From Babesia bigemina (lineage: Eukaryota), in assembly GCF_000981445.1 (NCBI RefSeq), contig NW_012237237.1:1-64000 (forward strand): DNA of 64,000 bases. Reading direction: 5' to 3'. Below, piece after piece: positions 11,062 to 23,500 of the stretch (the stretch's first letter is position 1; the number at the start of each line of letters is the position of its first letter). The notes beneath the pieces are model-generated. The model was given only the letters and a program-made list of their open reading frames with translations. It did no database searches and was not told the origin of the DNA. The position numbers and the translations under genes are program-made.

Positions 11062-12465
11062 AAAGTGCTGACCAATGTGTTGACCAAAGTGCTGACCAAC
11101 GTGGTGACCAAGGTGCTGACCAATGTGCTGACCAAGGTGGTGACCAATGTGCTGACCAATGTGCTGACCAAGGTGGTGACCAAAGTGCTGACCAACGTGG
11201 TGACCAATGTGCTGACCAAGGTGCTGACCAACGTGGTGACCAATGTGCTGACCAATGCCATGACCAAAGTGGTGACCAATTCCATGACCAAGGTGGTGAC
11301 CAAGGTGGTGACCAATGTGCTGACCAATGCCATGACCAAAGTGCTGACCAAGGTGGTGACCAATGTGCTGACCAATGCCATGACCAAAGTGCTGACCAAG
11401 TTAGTGGTCACGGCAGCGTTGACATGGTGACGGCAGCGATGACATGGTGACGGCAGCGATGACATGGTGACGGCAGCGATGATATGGTCACGGCAGCGAT
11501 GACATGGTGACGGCAGCGATGATATGGTCACGGCAGCGATGACATGGTCACGGCAGCGATGACATGGTCACGGCAGCGACGACATGGTCACGGCAGCGAC
11601 GACATGGTCACGGCAGCGATGACATGGTCACGGCAGCGATGACATGGTCACGGCAGCGATGACATGGTCACGGCAGCGATGACATGGTCACAAGTGGTGA
11701 TTATTACCCACTCTACATCGCTCCCTAATCCACTCCACACCGCTCCTTTATCCACTCTACATCGCCCCTTTACCCACTCCACATCGCTCCCTAATCCACT
11801 CTACATCGCCCCTTAACCCACTCTACATCGCTCCTAATCCACTCTACATCGCTCCCTAATCCACTCCACACCGCTCCTTTATCCACTCTACATCGCTCCC
11901 TAATCCACTCCACATCGCTCCCTAATCCACTCTACATCGCCCCTTAACCCACTCTACATCGCTCCCTAACCCACTCCACATCGCCCCTTTATCCACTCTA
12001 CATCGCCCCTTAACCCACTCCACATCGCCCCTTTATCCACTCTACATCGCTCCCTAATCCACTCTACATCGCCCCTTAACCCACTCTACATCGCTCCTCT
12101 ATCCACTCCACATCGCCCCTTTATCCACTCTACATCGCTCCCTAACCCACTCCACATCGCTCCTTGATCCACTCTACATCGCCCCTTGATCCACTCTACA
12201 TCGCCCCTTTATCCACTCTACATCGCCCCTTTACCCACTCCACATCGCCCCTTTGTCCACTCTACATCGCTCCCTAATCCACTCCACATCGCCCCTTTAT
12301 CCACTCTACATCGCTCCCTAATCCACTCCACATCGCCCCTTTATCCACTCTACATCGCCCCTTTATACACTCTACATCGCTCCCTAACCCACTCTACATC
12401 GCTCCTCTATCCACTCCACATCGCCCCTTACCCACTCTACATCGCCCCTTAACCCACTCCACATC
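11062..12465. repeat. Composite spacer 2: 12-mer (~11062-11400), 20-mer (~11405-11690), 22-mer (~11707-12465)
   Basis: Tandem repeats, same order as spacer 1. Confidence 0.95.
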
Positions 12466-12769
12466 CCTTGAATCACCTCGCCATATTACCGCTATGACCT
12501 CTATAAGCCATCCTAATAACTTGTGCTTTGTCATCCTTCACTTCCCCTCTTCCACCTCCTGCCACTGCCCTGACCATGTGCCGCCTAGGGAGCTTGACAA
12601 TAAATTTGACAAAATTTAAAACTCTAAAAATACCTTAAATAACAACCCTACTAACATCCTTAATAACCTTTGCACCGGCCTCGAGACTTTCCTCGGCTTC
12701 AACTCTGCTTCCAAAGGCTACACTGGCCAGGGGATTGTTTACTCTGACCTGGACAGGCTGTGTGACGGG

Positions 12770-15700
12770 GTGATGGGATTTTTGAGTGGTGTTCTTGATG
12801 CAGTGAAAGATGATGATGCAGTTAAAACGTATGATAAAGATACCACAAAAAACATTAATACAGTTATTAAGACTTTGAATGATAATATTGGCTCCGGGCG
12901 TACTGGGCTTGCGGCGTCTGTCGGCGCGGTGAAGGGGTGGTTGGAGGGGTATGGGAGGGAGGTGAAAGAAAAAATAAAACATGTAACTGCGCCTTTGAGA
13001 AATATGCAAGAGTTTGTTATAATAGATATTGAGACTAAAATCTTAGAGATGGAGCATAAGGATTATGAAGAGAATATAGGTAAGTTGTCTACTTGGGCTC
13101 ATGATCTTTCAGGTTTGACCGAGAAAACTCAAGACTCACTAAATGCACTTAGCAATATTGATAAACATTTCAATAATGTCTTATATCAACACGTAAATTC
13201 AATTCATCAAGCAGCTCACAGTTTCAGGGAGAACGGAATTTCGGATGTGAATAATCTCAAAGCTGTTTGTAGTAATGTGAGTGTGCAATTGAGAAATGTG
13301 ACAGCAGCCGTAATATCATATGCGGATTGTGAAGGTGAAAAGTGCATTACCGATTTGAAGGAGGTATTTACGAGACAAATTAAGACGCCAATCGAAAATA
13401 TAAAGATTCGGCTGAACAACCTTAATGTTCAGTTGGATGATTGGATCATGAAGGCGCAGTTGGTTGTGAATTCGACAATTTCGCAGTGTACGGGTATCAT
13501 CAAAATCGTTCAAAACAATGACCATGGGCGCATAAAATCTGCAGAACGGAATAACGTTGAAAAGGCGGCGACGGAACTGAAACAAAAGGCTGATAAGCTT
13601 CGCATTTTGGTAATTGAAGCAAAAAGTGAAGTTCAAAGGCTTGTTAAATCGGCAATAATTGCTGTAAACACAATGAATGAAGCCCTTAAGCGAAATGTGC
13701 AAAGTTTGAAGGATGAAATAACGAAAAAAGTACAAGGTATTAAAAATAAAATTGGTGAGCTTGGCAACCAGTATGCCGAAGCCTCCGACCGCAATTCCAT
13801 TAAAGGTATTTTTGAGTATATTAATAAACAAGTTGTAAGTATTAAGAGTGGGGTAGGTTATAAGGGGAACGAGAACAGTGGTATATATAAGCATTGGACG
13901 GATCTCAAACCCGAAATTGACCAACTGATCAGAGATCTTGCTGGTACAGATCAAGACGATGATGACGATCGAAATGGTTATCTTCATGATATTGACGAAG
14001 GGGTCGGCAGATATGCCTTGCAGTTCAAAATGCAATTTGAAAAGGCGATTAAAACAATTGTGACAGCAATGATGGAAGGAGGAGAGGAAGAAAACAAAAT
14101 TAGAGGTTTCATAATAAATGCTAGTGGTGGAGCGGGATCAACTGAAAAAATTAGAGCAGTGAAAACCGCAATGACAAATCAGATTCTAAAACTTTCCGGC
14201 GCTGCAAATATACCTAACGCTGAACCTGACGATGCTAAAAAAACCCTCGAAAGCATCGTAACTTATCTCAATGATTACGCCGAACAAATTCAAATGAAAC
14301 TCAATATATTATCTGCATTCATTTTGTCGGTTGAAAAAGATGACGCGTTAACTACATTAAATCACAAAGTAAGTCTAACGACGGGAGACAAAAATCTGCA
14401 ATCTGCTGTGAGAAACGTACTAGCTACAGTGAAAAAAATTATAGAAGGCGCTAAAGATGACGTTTCGCAGTTCATAAAAGATTCAAGTATCGGCAAGCTC
14501 AACCAGGCTATAGAGAAGGTCGAAAATATGCGAAAGACGTTTAAATATGAAGGCGTCACTGCAGCGCTCTCAGACGTGCTCCTATTTATTGAAAAGTTGC
14601 ATGACAGCCTCAGTACGACAACTGGCAAAGTCAGCAGCAAACTAAAATCTGGTACTCACTACGCCGCCGAAGTTGATGAAGCCATCGATCAGGTGACGAC
14701 GAGACTTGAGCAGCAGATACCTAGCGAGGGTAATAAAGTTGACTTAAGCAAGGAAAATGCTTTGGGGGATTACACACTTCACGTTGATCAAAAATACAGG
14801 AGTCTTCAAGCCCTTGAAGTCGGTACAGTAGTAAGCTACGAAGCTGGCGCTCTTCCAGGCAAGATTATGGATATTCAAGGGCAGGTGAACGGGGACGACG
14901 TTTTGGGAAAAGTATCTGATGAAAACGATACAACAAATATTCCCAGTATGGGACATGATAAAGTATACCGAAACACTTTCGACTTATTACTTCAACAGAT
15001 TGAAAGCAATATGCAAACCTTCTGCGAAGCCGTCGAAGGATTGGTTAAGACCGATGCCGGTACGGTGAAAGATGTGATTCCAAATAAAAGTAGAGGCGTG
15101 CAAAATTTGTTAGAAGATTTGCAAACAATGATCCATTCTGACACGCTGTATGGTACCCAGATACATCTTAGAGAAATGTACAAGGAAATTAATACCAATA
15201 TCATTGGCGACGCCCGCAGCTATAACAGTGACACAGTGCCCTCAAATCTAACACAGATAATGGTTTTTGCAAATATGTTCAACAGTACTGCCATTCCAAA
15301 TAGAATCAATGAATGCATTTCCGACATCACCGCCAAAGTCAAATACGAAGTCACCGAAAAAATCAAGACCCTTAAAAAATCGGCCCTCTCGCAGTTTGTA
15401 ACCCGTAAAACTGCCGAGTTAGAGGAGCTGAAAAAGTTCGTTCACTACCAGAAAAATATCATCAGTAAGACTATTTTCACAAATCAGACAACCGGCCTCA
15501 AGGGTCTGATGAACACTATTGGCAGCAACCTTCAGTCGTACATTGATCCACTGAGATATCCAAGCGTGAAAGATTTGTCAAAACATCTTGATTTCTATTT
15601 CAATCCCCTCTTTACCCACATCTCCACCGAAGCCTCCCCCTCCTCCCAACTGGTCGCCGGCCTCCAAGCCCGCACCTACGACCTCCTCACCCACCTCCAC

Positions 15701-18115
15701 GACAACAATCGCACCTTCACCTTCGACTCCGGTTTCCGCTCCCGCCTCCACTCGCTAACCTCCGCCCTGTCCACGTTCGACCCCGCTGCCTTCGCGAACC
15801 CGCACCACCCGCAACTCCTGGATGCGCTGAAGGCAGGGATGCGAGGGCTGGTAGGGGAGATGGAAAAGGCGTATGTTAATAGGTATGATGGGCATCCTAA
15901 GATGGAGTGGGAGAAAGATGTACCTACTAAAGAATTAACCGCCGACGCTAAGCGCTGCGCTAAGGTGTTATTGACCTGCCTGCCGATGTGGTTGGAGGAC
16001 CTCGGGGAGTTGAAGAGGAGGTGTGAACATAGTTGGAGCAAGAAAGCTATACATCTTAAGGATGAAATTGATATAGAAAACCCCCTTGGTGAGTTTCTCA
16101 AGCAGTGCGGTTACCGTGTTCCTAGCAGTCAGAAGTCGCATCAGGACGGGGAGCTGCAGTGCAGACATACGTTCACTGGCAAACATATCGATGGAATTCT
16201 CGGTAAGATCATACAAATGTCGAATCTAGAACACGTTCCGCAGTGTAGATCACGGGAGAAAGAATGGAACTTTAATATCATGGATTTCATAGCATGCCTC
16301 TACAGTCACCTCGACGAGTATAACGAAGTATGTCATCTATCAACGTTATTCTCCAAAAGGCATCCGTGCAGTATATACGAAATACTCTGCTGGTTTTCAG
16401 GGCTCCCTCATAGTACCGTATATTCAGCGTTACCTGGCGGCATCACCAAGCTGCTTGATAAACCTAAGAATCAACCGATAGATAGCGGTGACTCGGGACT
16501 TGAGATCGAATTCGTCAACCAGAAAGAGTTCTATCTGGACGCATACCCAACCAGGTTCACCTATGAGAACATCGAAGCGGTGCTAACGCTAATTTGTTCC
16601 AAATCATACGACGTGTTGGCTAGAATCGCCGGCACAGGTGATGAGCACACCAGGTACGCCTGCGAATACGCCAACAATTCCCTCAAGCTGCATTACCCTA
16701 AGACGGCGGACGATTGCCTGTCAATGTTACTTGACATGTTACGTAGATTGCTCTCCGTGTTCCGATTCCTCGAATCCAAGTGTAGTTATTCGGCCGTGGA
16801 GTTCGGTTGGGCGGACTGCCAGTACGGTAAAAATGTGCCTACGACCAAATCGCATTGTAACGACAGATCAACGGATGAAGCAACGTGCCAGGCAGAGTGT
16901 AAACCAAAGCGCCAGTCAAAGTGCCAACCAAATTGCCAGCCAACTTCTCCATTGATGAGTTACCTAAATGACTGTTTGCCGGGTCACTTGCCTCATCAAC
17001 TCACGAATGTCGGCTGCAAACCTGAATGCAAAACGTGCCCCGGTAATAAGCCTGGAATGCCCTGCTTAACCCCCATTGGATTCAGAGGCTTCTCAGGGTC
17101 AATTAAAACGGGTGCACAATTATGTAGCATTATTAAAAAGATATTAGGCAACGGTATGATTGCGTGTCTATTCACCCTCGCACCCAGGCCTCCAACTAAC
17201 TTGCCGGAGCACTTCCAGTTTGCAGTGTCACTTGCCAAGGGACTTAGTGCTTCAAAGCAGAGTAAGGTTGACGGCATTAAAACATTGGCAGACACCATCG
17301 CAGATTCGATTACCGATCGCTCCATCAAGCTTTATGAAGATACTGCTGAACTCGTCGATCCTATTTGTGAAGCTTATGGTAATAAAGGGATAGAGCATCG
17401 CAAGCAGAAGCCTGATGCAAAACGTAACCTATCGTGCATTTCACTAACCAGTGCGTGTATCAATGAGGAGCATTGCGTTCCTTACCTATCCCCCCTAAGC
17501 TGCGACACTTATCATTACCTTGTCAACAAGCAATCGAACTCGTACCTGTCATGGGCAGTTTACTTGCCGTGGACATTCCATAAATATCTTGCAAGTCTAC
17601 TCGACGCGTTTAAGGCTATAAGATGTGAAGACTGGGGATGCAGTAACTGCTTGCATACCGATATATGCAAGGGAGAGAGTCATGGTATGCTTAATCCAGC
17701 GGAGAAAGGAACGGGTTGCCAATGTACTTCCGTTGTACATTGCAACGGCGTATCTCCAACGTTATACCAATATGGGTTCACATTCAGGGATGCGCAGAAT
17801 TTGATATCGTTAAAAAGAAACTGCTTCAATATGCGAAGTCACCTGTACAATGTTGTTAATTCCGACTATTTCACTGAACTATTTAAGCAATGCGACATGT
17901 TACTGTGGAGAATCCGTGAACCCTTCTCCTACCTTGTCCTCACCCTCTGGCTCCTTTCCCTCCTCTACCTGCTCCACATCATGGTCATCCGCCTAGACCT
18001 GCTCCACATCAAATCGCATTTGCATAGTCCCTCATCGCATCGCATCGCTGCTCAATCACTACTCGCCGCAGCACGTGTTAACAAACTTAACAGGGTGTTT
18101 TACCTGCAACCATAA
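12770..18115 (+). CDS. ves1: ves1-like copy 3 (class-1 tail, body type A); leader from ATG 12494 interrupted by TAA 12617-12619
   Basis: 1781-codon ORF; frame is open from 12620 through the NLCTGLETFLGF motif; conserved C-terminus. Confidence 0.85.
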   Translation: MMGFLSGVLDAVKDDDAVKTYDKDTTKNINTVIKTLNDNIGSGRTGLAASVGAVKGWLEGYGREVKEKIKHVTAPLRNMQEFVIIDIETKILEMEHKDYEENIGKLSTWAHDLSGLTEKTQDSLNALSNIDKHFNNVLYQHVNSIHQAAHSFRENGISDVNNLKAVCSNVSVQLRNVTAAVISYADCEGEKCITDLKEVFTRQIKTPIENIKIRLNNLNVQLDDWIMKAQLVVNSTISQCTGIIKIVQNNDHGRIKSAERNNVEKAATELKQKADKLRILVIEAKSEVQRLVKSAIIAVNTMNEALKRNVQSLKDEITKKVQGIKNKIGELGNQYAEASDRNSIKGIFEYINKQVVSIKSGVGYKGNENSGIYKHWTDLKPEIDQLIRDLAGTDQDDDDDRNGYLHDIDEGVGRYALQFKMQFEKAIKTIVTAMMEGGEEENKIRGFIINASGGAGSTEKIRAVKTAMTNQILKLSGAANIPNAEPDDAKKTLESIVTYLNDYAEQIQMKLNILSAFILSVEKDDALTTLNHKVSLTTGDKNLQSAVRNVLATVKKIIEGAKDDVSQFIKDSSIGKLNQAIEKVENMRKTFKYEGVTAALSDVLLFIEKLHDSLSTTTGKVSSKLKSGTHYAAEVDEAIDQVTTRLEQQIPSEGNKVDLSKENALGDYTLHVDQKYRSLQALEVGTVVSYEAGALPGKIMDIQGQVNGDDVLGKVSDENDTTNIPSMGHDKVYRNTFDLLLQQIESNMQTFCEAVEGLVKTDAGTVKDVIPNKSRGVQNLLEDLQTMIHSDTLYGTQIHLREMYKEINTNIIGDARSYNSDTVPSNLTQIMVFANMFNSTAIPNRINECISDITAKVKYEVTEKIKTLKKSALSQFVTRKTAELEELKKFVHYQKNIISKTIFTNQTTGLKGLMNTIGSNLQSYIDPLRYPSVKDLSKHLDFYFNPLFTHISTEASPSSQLVAGLQARTYDLLTHLHDNNRTFTFDSGFRSRLHSLTSALSTFDPAAFANPHHPQLLDALKAGMRGLVGEMEKAYVNRYDGHPKMEWEKDVPTKELTADAKRCAKVLLTCLPMWLEDLGELKRRCEHSWSKKAIHLKDEIDIENPLGEFLKQCGYRVPSSQKSHQDGELQCRHTFTGKHIDGILGKIIQMSNLEHVPQCRSREKEWNFNIMDFIACLYSHLDEYNEVCHLSTLFSKRHPCSIYEILCWFSGLPHSTVYSALPGGITKLLDKPKNQPIDSGDSGLEIEFVNQKEFYLDAYPTRFTYENIEAVLTLICSKSYDVLARIAGTGDEHTRYACEYANNSLKLHYPKTADDCLSMLLDMLRRLLSVFRFLESKCSYSAVEFGWADCQYGKNVPTTKSHCNDRSTDEATCQAECKPKRQSKCQPNCQPTSPLMSYLNDCLPGHLPHQLTNVGCKPECKTCPGNKPGMPCLTPIGFRGFSGSIKTGAQLCSIIKKILGNGMIACLFTLAPRPPTNLPEHFQFAVSLAKGLSASKQSKVDGIKTLADTIADSITDRSIKLYEDTAELVDPICEAYGNKGIEHRKQKPDAKRNLSCISLTSACINEEHCVPYLSPLSCDTYHYLVNKQSNSYLSWAVYLPWTFHKYLASLLDAFKAIRCEDWGCSNCLHTDICKGESHGMLNPAEKGTGCQCTSVVHCNGVSPTLYQYGFTFRDAQNLISLKRNCFNMRSHLYNVVNSDYFTELFKQCDMLLWRIREPFSYLVLTLWLLSLLYLLHIMVIRLDLLHIKSHLHSPSSHRIAAQSLLAAARVNKLNRVFYLQP

Positions 18116-18237
18116 TCGTACTCACGTGTTTACTATGTACACTCACCTAGCATCACCTACTCACCTAACTTATGAAATGTTGCTTAATGTTTTGTATCAC
18201 TCATTAGTCGTTGTACGTGATTGTGTAATAGTTAACT

Positions 18238-20204
18238 AAAGTGCTGACCAAGATGCTGCCCAAAGTGTTAACCAATGTGCTGACCAAAGTGCTGACCTAT
18301 GTGCTGACCTATGTGCTGACCAGAGTAATGACCAACGTGTTGACCAATGCCATGACCAAAGTGGTGACCAATGTGCTGACCAAAGTGCTGACCAAGGTGC
18401 TGACCAAAGTGGTGACCAATGTGCTGACCAACGTGGTGACCAATGTGGTGACCAAGATGCTGACCAATGCCACGACCTATGTGCTGACCAAAGTGGTGAC
18501 CAATGCCATGACCAACGTGCTGACCAAGGTGTTGACCAAAGTGGTGACCAAGGCCACGACCAAAGTGCTGACCTAGTTGATGGTTACGGCAGCGATGACA
18601 TGGTTACGGCAGCGATGACATGGTTACGGCAGCGATGACATGGTCACGGCAGCGATGGCATGGTCACGGCAGCGATGACATGGACACAGCAGCGATGAGA
18701 TGGTCACGGCAGCGATCACATGGTCACGGCAGCAATGACATGGTTACGGCAGCGGTGACAGTGGTGACCAAAGTGGTGATTATCATCCACTCTACATCGC
18801 TCCCTAACCCACTCTACATCGCTCCTCTATCCACTCTACATCGCCCCTTTAACCACTCTACATCGCCCCTTTACCCACTCTACATCGCCCCTTAACCCAC
18901 TCCACATCGCCCCTTAACCCACTCCACATCGCTCCTCTATCCACTCTACATCGCCCCTTTAACCACTCTACATCGCCCCTTTACCCACTCTACATCGCTC
19001 CCTAACTCACTCCACATCGCTCCCTAACCCACTCTACATCGCTCCCTAACCCACTCTACATCGCCCCTTTACCCACTCTACATCGCCCCTTAATCCACTC
19101 CACATCGCCCCTTTACCCACTCTACATCGCCCCTTTATCCACTCTACATCGCCCCTTAACCCACTCTACATCGCCCCTTAACCCACTTTACATCGCTCCT
19201 TAACCCACTCCACATCGCTCCTTGACCCACACTACATCGCCCCTTTATCCACTCCACATCGCTCCCTAACCCACTCTACATCGCTCCCTTACCCACTCTA
19301 CATCGCTGCTTAACCCACTCTACATCGCTCCCTAACCCACTCTACATCGCCCCTTAACCCACTCTACATCGCCCCTTTATCCACTCTACATCGCCCCTTT
19401 ACCCACTCTACATCGCTCCTTAACCCACTCTACATCGCTCCCTAACCCACTCTACATCGCTCCTTTACCCACTCTACATCGCCCCTTAACCCACTCTGCA
19501 TCGCCCCTTTATCCACTCTACATCGCTCCCTAACCCACTCTACATCGCCCCTTTACCCACTCTACATCGCCCCTTAACCCACTCTACATCGCTCCCTTAT
19601 CCACTCCTCATCGCTCCCTAACCCACTCCACATCGCTCCCTAACCCACTCTACATCGCTCCCTAACCCACTCTACATCGCCCCTTAACCCACTCTACATC
19701 GCTCCCTTATCCACTCCACATCGCCCCTGAACCCACTCTACATCGCCCCTTTATCCACTCCACATCGCCCCTTATCCACTCTACATCGCCCCTTTACCCA
19801 CTCTACATCGCCCCTTTACCCACTCTACATCGCTCCCTAAACCACTCTACATCGCTCCCTAACCCACTCCACATCGCCCCTTAACCCACCCTACATCGCC
19901 CCTTATCCACTCCACATCGCTCCTCTATCCACTCTACATCGCTCCCTTATCCACTCTACATCGCTCCTTTATCCACTCCACATCGCTCCTCTATCCACTC
20001 TACATCGCTCCCTTATCCACTCTACATCGCTCCTTTATCCACTCTACATCGCTCCCTAACCCACCTTACATCGCTCCCTAACCCACTCTACATCGCCCCT
20101 TAACCCACTCTACATCGCTCCCTAACCCACTGTACATCGCCCCTGAACCCACTCTACATCGCCCCTTTATCCACTCTACATCGCTCCCTAACCCACTCTA
20201 CATC
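18238..20204. repeat. Composite spacer 3: 12-mer (~18238-18573), 20-mer (~18581-18760), 22-mer (~18787-20204)
   Basis: Tandem repeats. Confidence 0.95.
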
Positions 20205-20508
20205 CCTTGAATCATTTCGTCATATTACCGCTATGACCTCTATTAACCATTATAAAAACTTGTGCCTCGTCACCCTTCACTTCCCCTCTTCCACCTCTTG
20301 CCACTGCCCTGACCATGTGCCGCCTAGGGAGCTTGACAAGAAATTTGACAAAATTTAAAACCTCAAAAACACCTAAAATGACACCCCTAATAACATCCTT
20401 ACTAACCTCTGCACTGGCCTCGAAACCTTCCTCGGCTTCAACTCTGCTTCCAAAGGCTACGATGGCACTGGGATTGTCTACTCTGACCTAGATAGGCTGT
20501 GTGACGGG

Positions 20509-23500
20509 GTGATGGGATTTTTGTTTAGTATAATCACTGACGTAAATAAGAACGAAAACCTTAAGAAATACAATGATAATTTAAATGGCATCCTTGAAAA
20601 AATTAAACTCGCTAAATATAATAGAAACAATTTTGATAGTAGTATTCGCGAAGTCAGTCAGGGGATTAAGGCGTGGGTGAGGGGGGTGGAGGAGAGGAAT
20701 GAAAGTATAACAAAGCCATTAGCAAACCTTGAAAAAACTTTACATGGTCATGCGTCGGTCGAAATGGATGACAATCCCATAACAGATCAGTTGTCTACTT
20801 GGCAGGGCTTCTCCAGCATATACCTTCAAGAGGTTGAAAAATCTGAAATAGCTCTAGATGAAATAGACGATGAGTTAAGGAACGAAATAGCGCCCAAAAT
20901 AGAATTAATAAAACAAGTTGTCGATAATTTTTGGAATTCGGTCAATGATCTTGGCGTCTATGATTCCGTTAAGAAGTTAAAAGTTAAGTTCGGTGCAATT
21001 CCTAAGATTGTCAATATGGAAATTGGAACACAAATACAAGAGGTAAATAATACATTAAATGACAAGTTCGAGAAAATGTTCCGCGATATTCACAATCTCA
21101 CGCAAAATAAGAAATCGCACATTAATTCGATTCGTAAAGCTGTACAATCAGCCAAGCAGTTGGCTGATACGTTAGTTGATGACTCGACAAATGTATTTGA
21201 TAAGAAGTACAAGGCGAACATATCGGACAGATTTAATGAGATTAAGGCAAAAATCGAAAAGTTTTGTAAAGTAAATGGTGACGGGCAGCCGACGCTGTTC
21301 AGTGAGTTTTACAAAGTCAGGACCAAGGTAGAGGGGTTAGAAACAGATGTACGCCATGGATTGGGCGAATTGAAACAAGAGATAAATGGGCTTACGAAAG
21401 ATATGAATGATAGCAATCTTATTGTTAAAGAGGCGTTGCAACAGCTTGAGACGGACAGAGAACCATTGTACAGGCTAACTTTTAACGGTGCGAATTCGAT
21501 AGTGACTCTGACGAAAGGCCTCGAAGGTAAGTTTCAGAAGGTGATCCAACAGGATCTAAAAAGTTCGATTAGTGAAGTTGACAATGCAATCAGAAAGCTC
21601 GGCGCAACTTTCGGTGTAGGTGTTGGCGGCGATAAAAAACTTAGAAGCATTTTGGAACATCTTAGAACTCAAATTGGGACGATAAAGGGTTCAGACTACG
21701 AAGACAAAGGATGTTCCGCCATTGTCGCTAGAGTAAAATCTTATGCCGCAAAGTTTACGAAATCGAAATTTGGGGAAAAGGTTTTGGATGGTTGGATTGG
21801 CGACATTCTTAAAGAGGATAGTGTGGTAAAAACAAGGATTGAAGAATATATCAAGGATAACAACGGAACGAACAATCGTGGTATGAACGGCGTTGGTACG
21901 AATCGTTTCACAAACCCGCTTATCAAAGCCGATGAATTGCATAATCCGCTTAAAACTGAAATAAAGACAGTGCTTAATTCTGAGGTAATTCAGAAGGCTA
22001 CTGAAAATTTCAATGATGCGCAAGATAGTGTTGAGAAAAATCTTAATGGACTCCATGGCGTTTGCACGGCATTTGCCACGGAGCTCGGTAAGGTAATTGA
22101 CGGGAAAGATGCAGAGATCGCTAGACAAGTTGATAACCAAGTCAGAGATAATAGCAAAGGGGTAACTGAGCAATCTGACCTCAAAACTGCAGTAAAATAC
22201 ATTCTTCAGAGACTTGTTAGTAGGGCCAATAAATTTGCCTCCGATATTGGGAATTTGATCAAAGAATGCGAATTCTCCAACGTGGATGCACCATCCAACA
22301 CAGCGGTAGATCTTTACAAAAAGCTATACGACGCCATGAACGCGGGGGTAGATGGTAAGCTCAGCGAAATGAGGAGTAAGATAAGAGACCTTGACAACAT
22401 TTTTACTAAAGGCGTTAAAAACGAACTTCAGACTGAGACAAATAATATTGAACGTGTTCTCAACAACTTCAACTCTAATGTCAAAGAGCGTATCAAGGAT
22501 GCTGCTGAAAAGGCTATTGAACAGGCAGTTGGAAAGTTCGGATCGAATGGTATAATGAACCTGGAGCAATTGATGGGACAGTTCCATCAATCTGAGCGGG
22601 CCCTCCAATCCTCTGTTAAGCAAATTGAGAATCAACTGAACATACTAAAAACGTTCCCCAGTGCTGTAGACAGCAAGCGAAAAAACGCTGAAGAAATTAT
22701 GAAGACCTTAAAAACTGAAGTGCGAGAAATTTCAGCTAAAATTGAAGCCATCGACCCAATCCTGATCAAGGCAGAAAACGTTCTTGGTACGGCAATCCAA
22801 ACTCTAGAAAGATCATTAGAGGATACACGAAAGTACACTACATTAGTACTTCCGCTACTGCAACAAAATCTGCAACAGCATGTGACTAACTCATTCAATG
22901 AAATGGAAGAATACGTACAGGAGATGTTCAACGCACAGAGAAAAGCTGAATTCCAATCTTTGAAAAAGTCTGTTGATATCCAAATTCCTCAAATAAAAAG
23001 CATTATCCAATCCGACATGGAAAAAGGTCTGAAAGGACTCATGAAAAATCTGAAAGGGCCGTTTGCTCAACTGCTCAATTCTGGTGCCCATCTCAGCTCC
23101 TATACTAAAAGGGTTAAAGAGTTTTTTGCAAATTTGCTGGAAGATTTGACGCGGCAGTCTGATGTGGTTAAATACCACTCCCCTCTTCTCACCCCCCTCT
23201 CTTCCGCCCTCTCCGCCCTCCTGTCCGCAATGCACGACCAACGCCACTTCTCCGCCGACGTCTCCCTGCGCCTCGCCGAACTCCAAGCCGCGCTCACCAC
23301 CCTCACCCCTACCGCATTCGCCGAGGCCTCCCCGCTGCTCAACGTCGTCAAGCGCGGCGTCCGGGCGTTCCACGGGGAGCTCGCGAAGCAGTACGTGAGC
23401 AGGTACTCGGGGAAACAAATTACTTGGGTGAAGGACGTTGGTAAACCTCCGAAATCTGAGCCAACTGAAGAAGCGTTAAAATGTGGTAAAGTATTTTTTA

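Noticed and set aside
11028..11531. ORFs over minisatellites (VLTN/LVST, PLYIAP/HSTS, LALCL types) here and in other spacers
   Set aside because: By-products of stop-poor repeats; lengths and frames vary between spacers
12617..12619. TAA recoding or alternative genetic code to explain the leader stops
   Set aside because: TAA is the normal terminator of these same genes and never occurs inside the long ORFs
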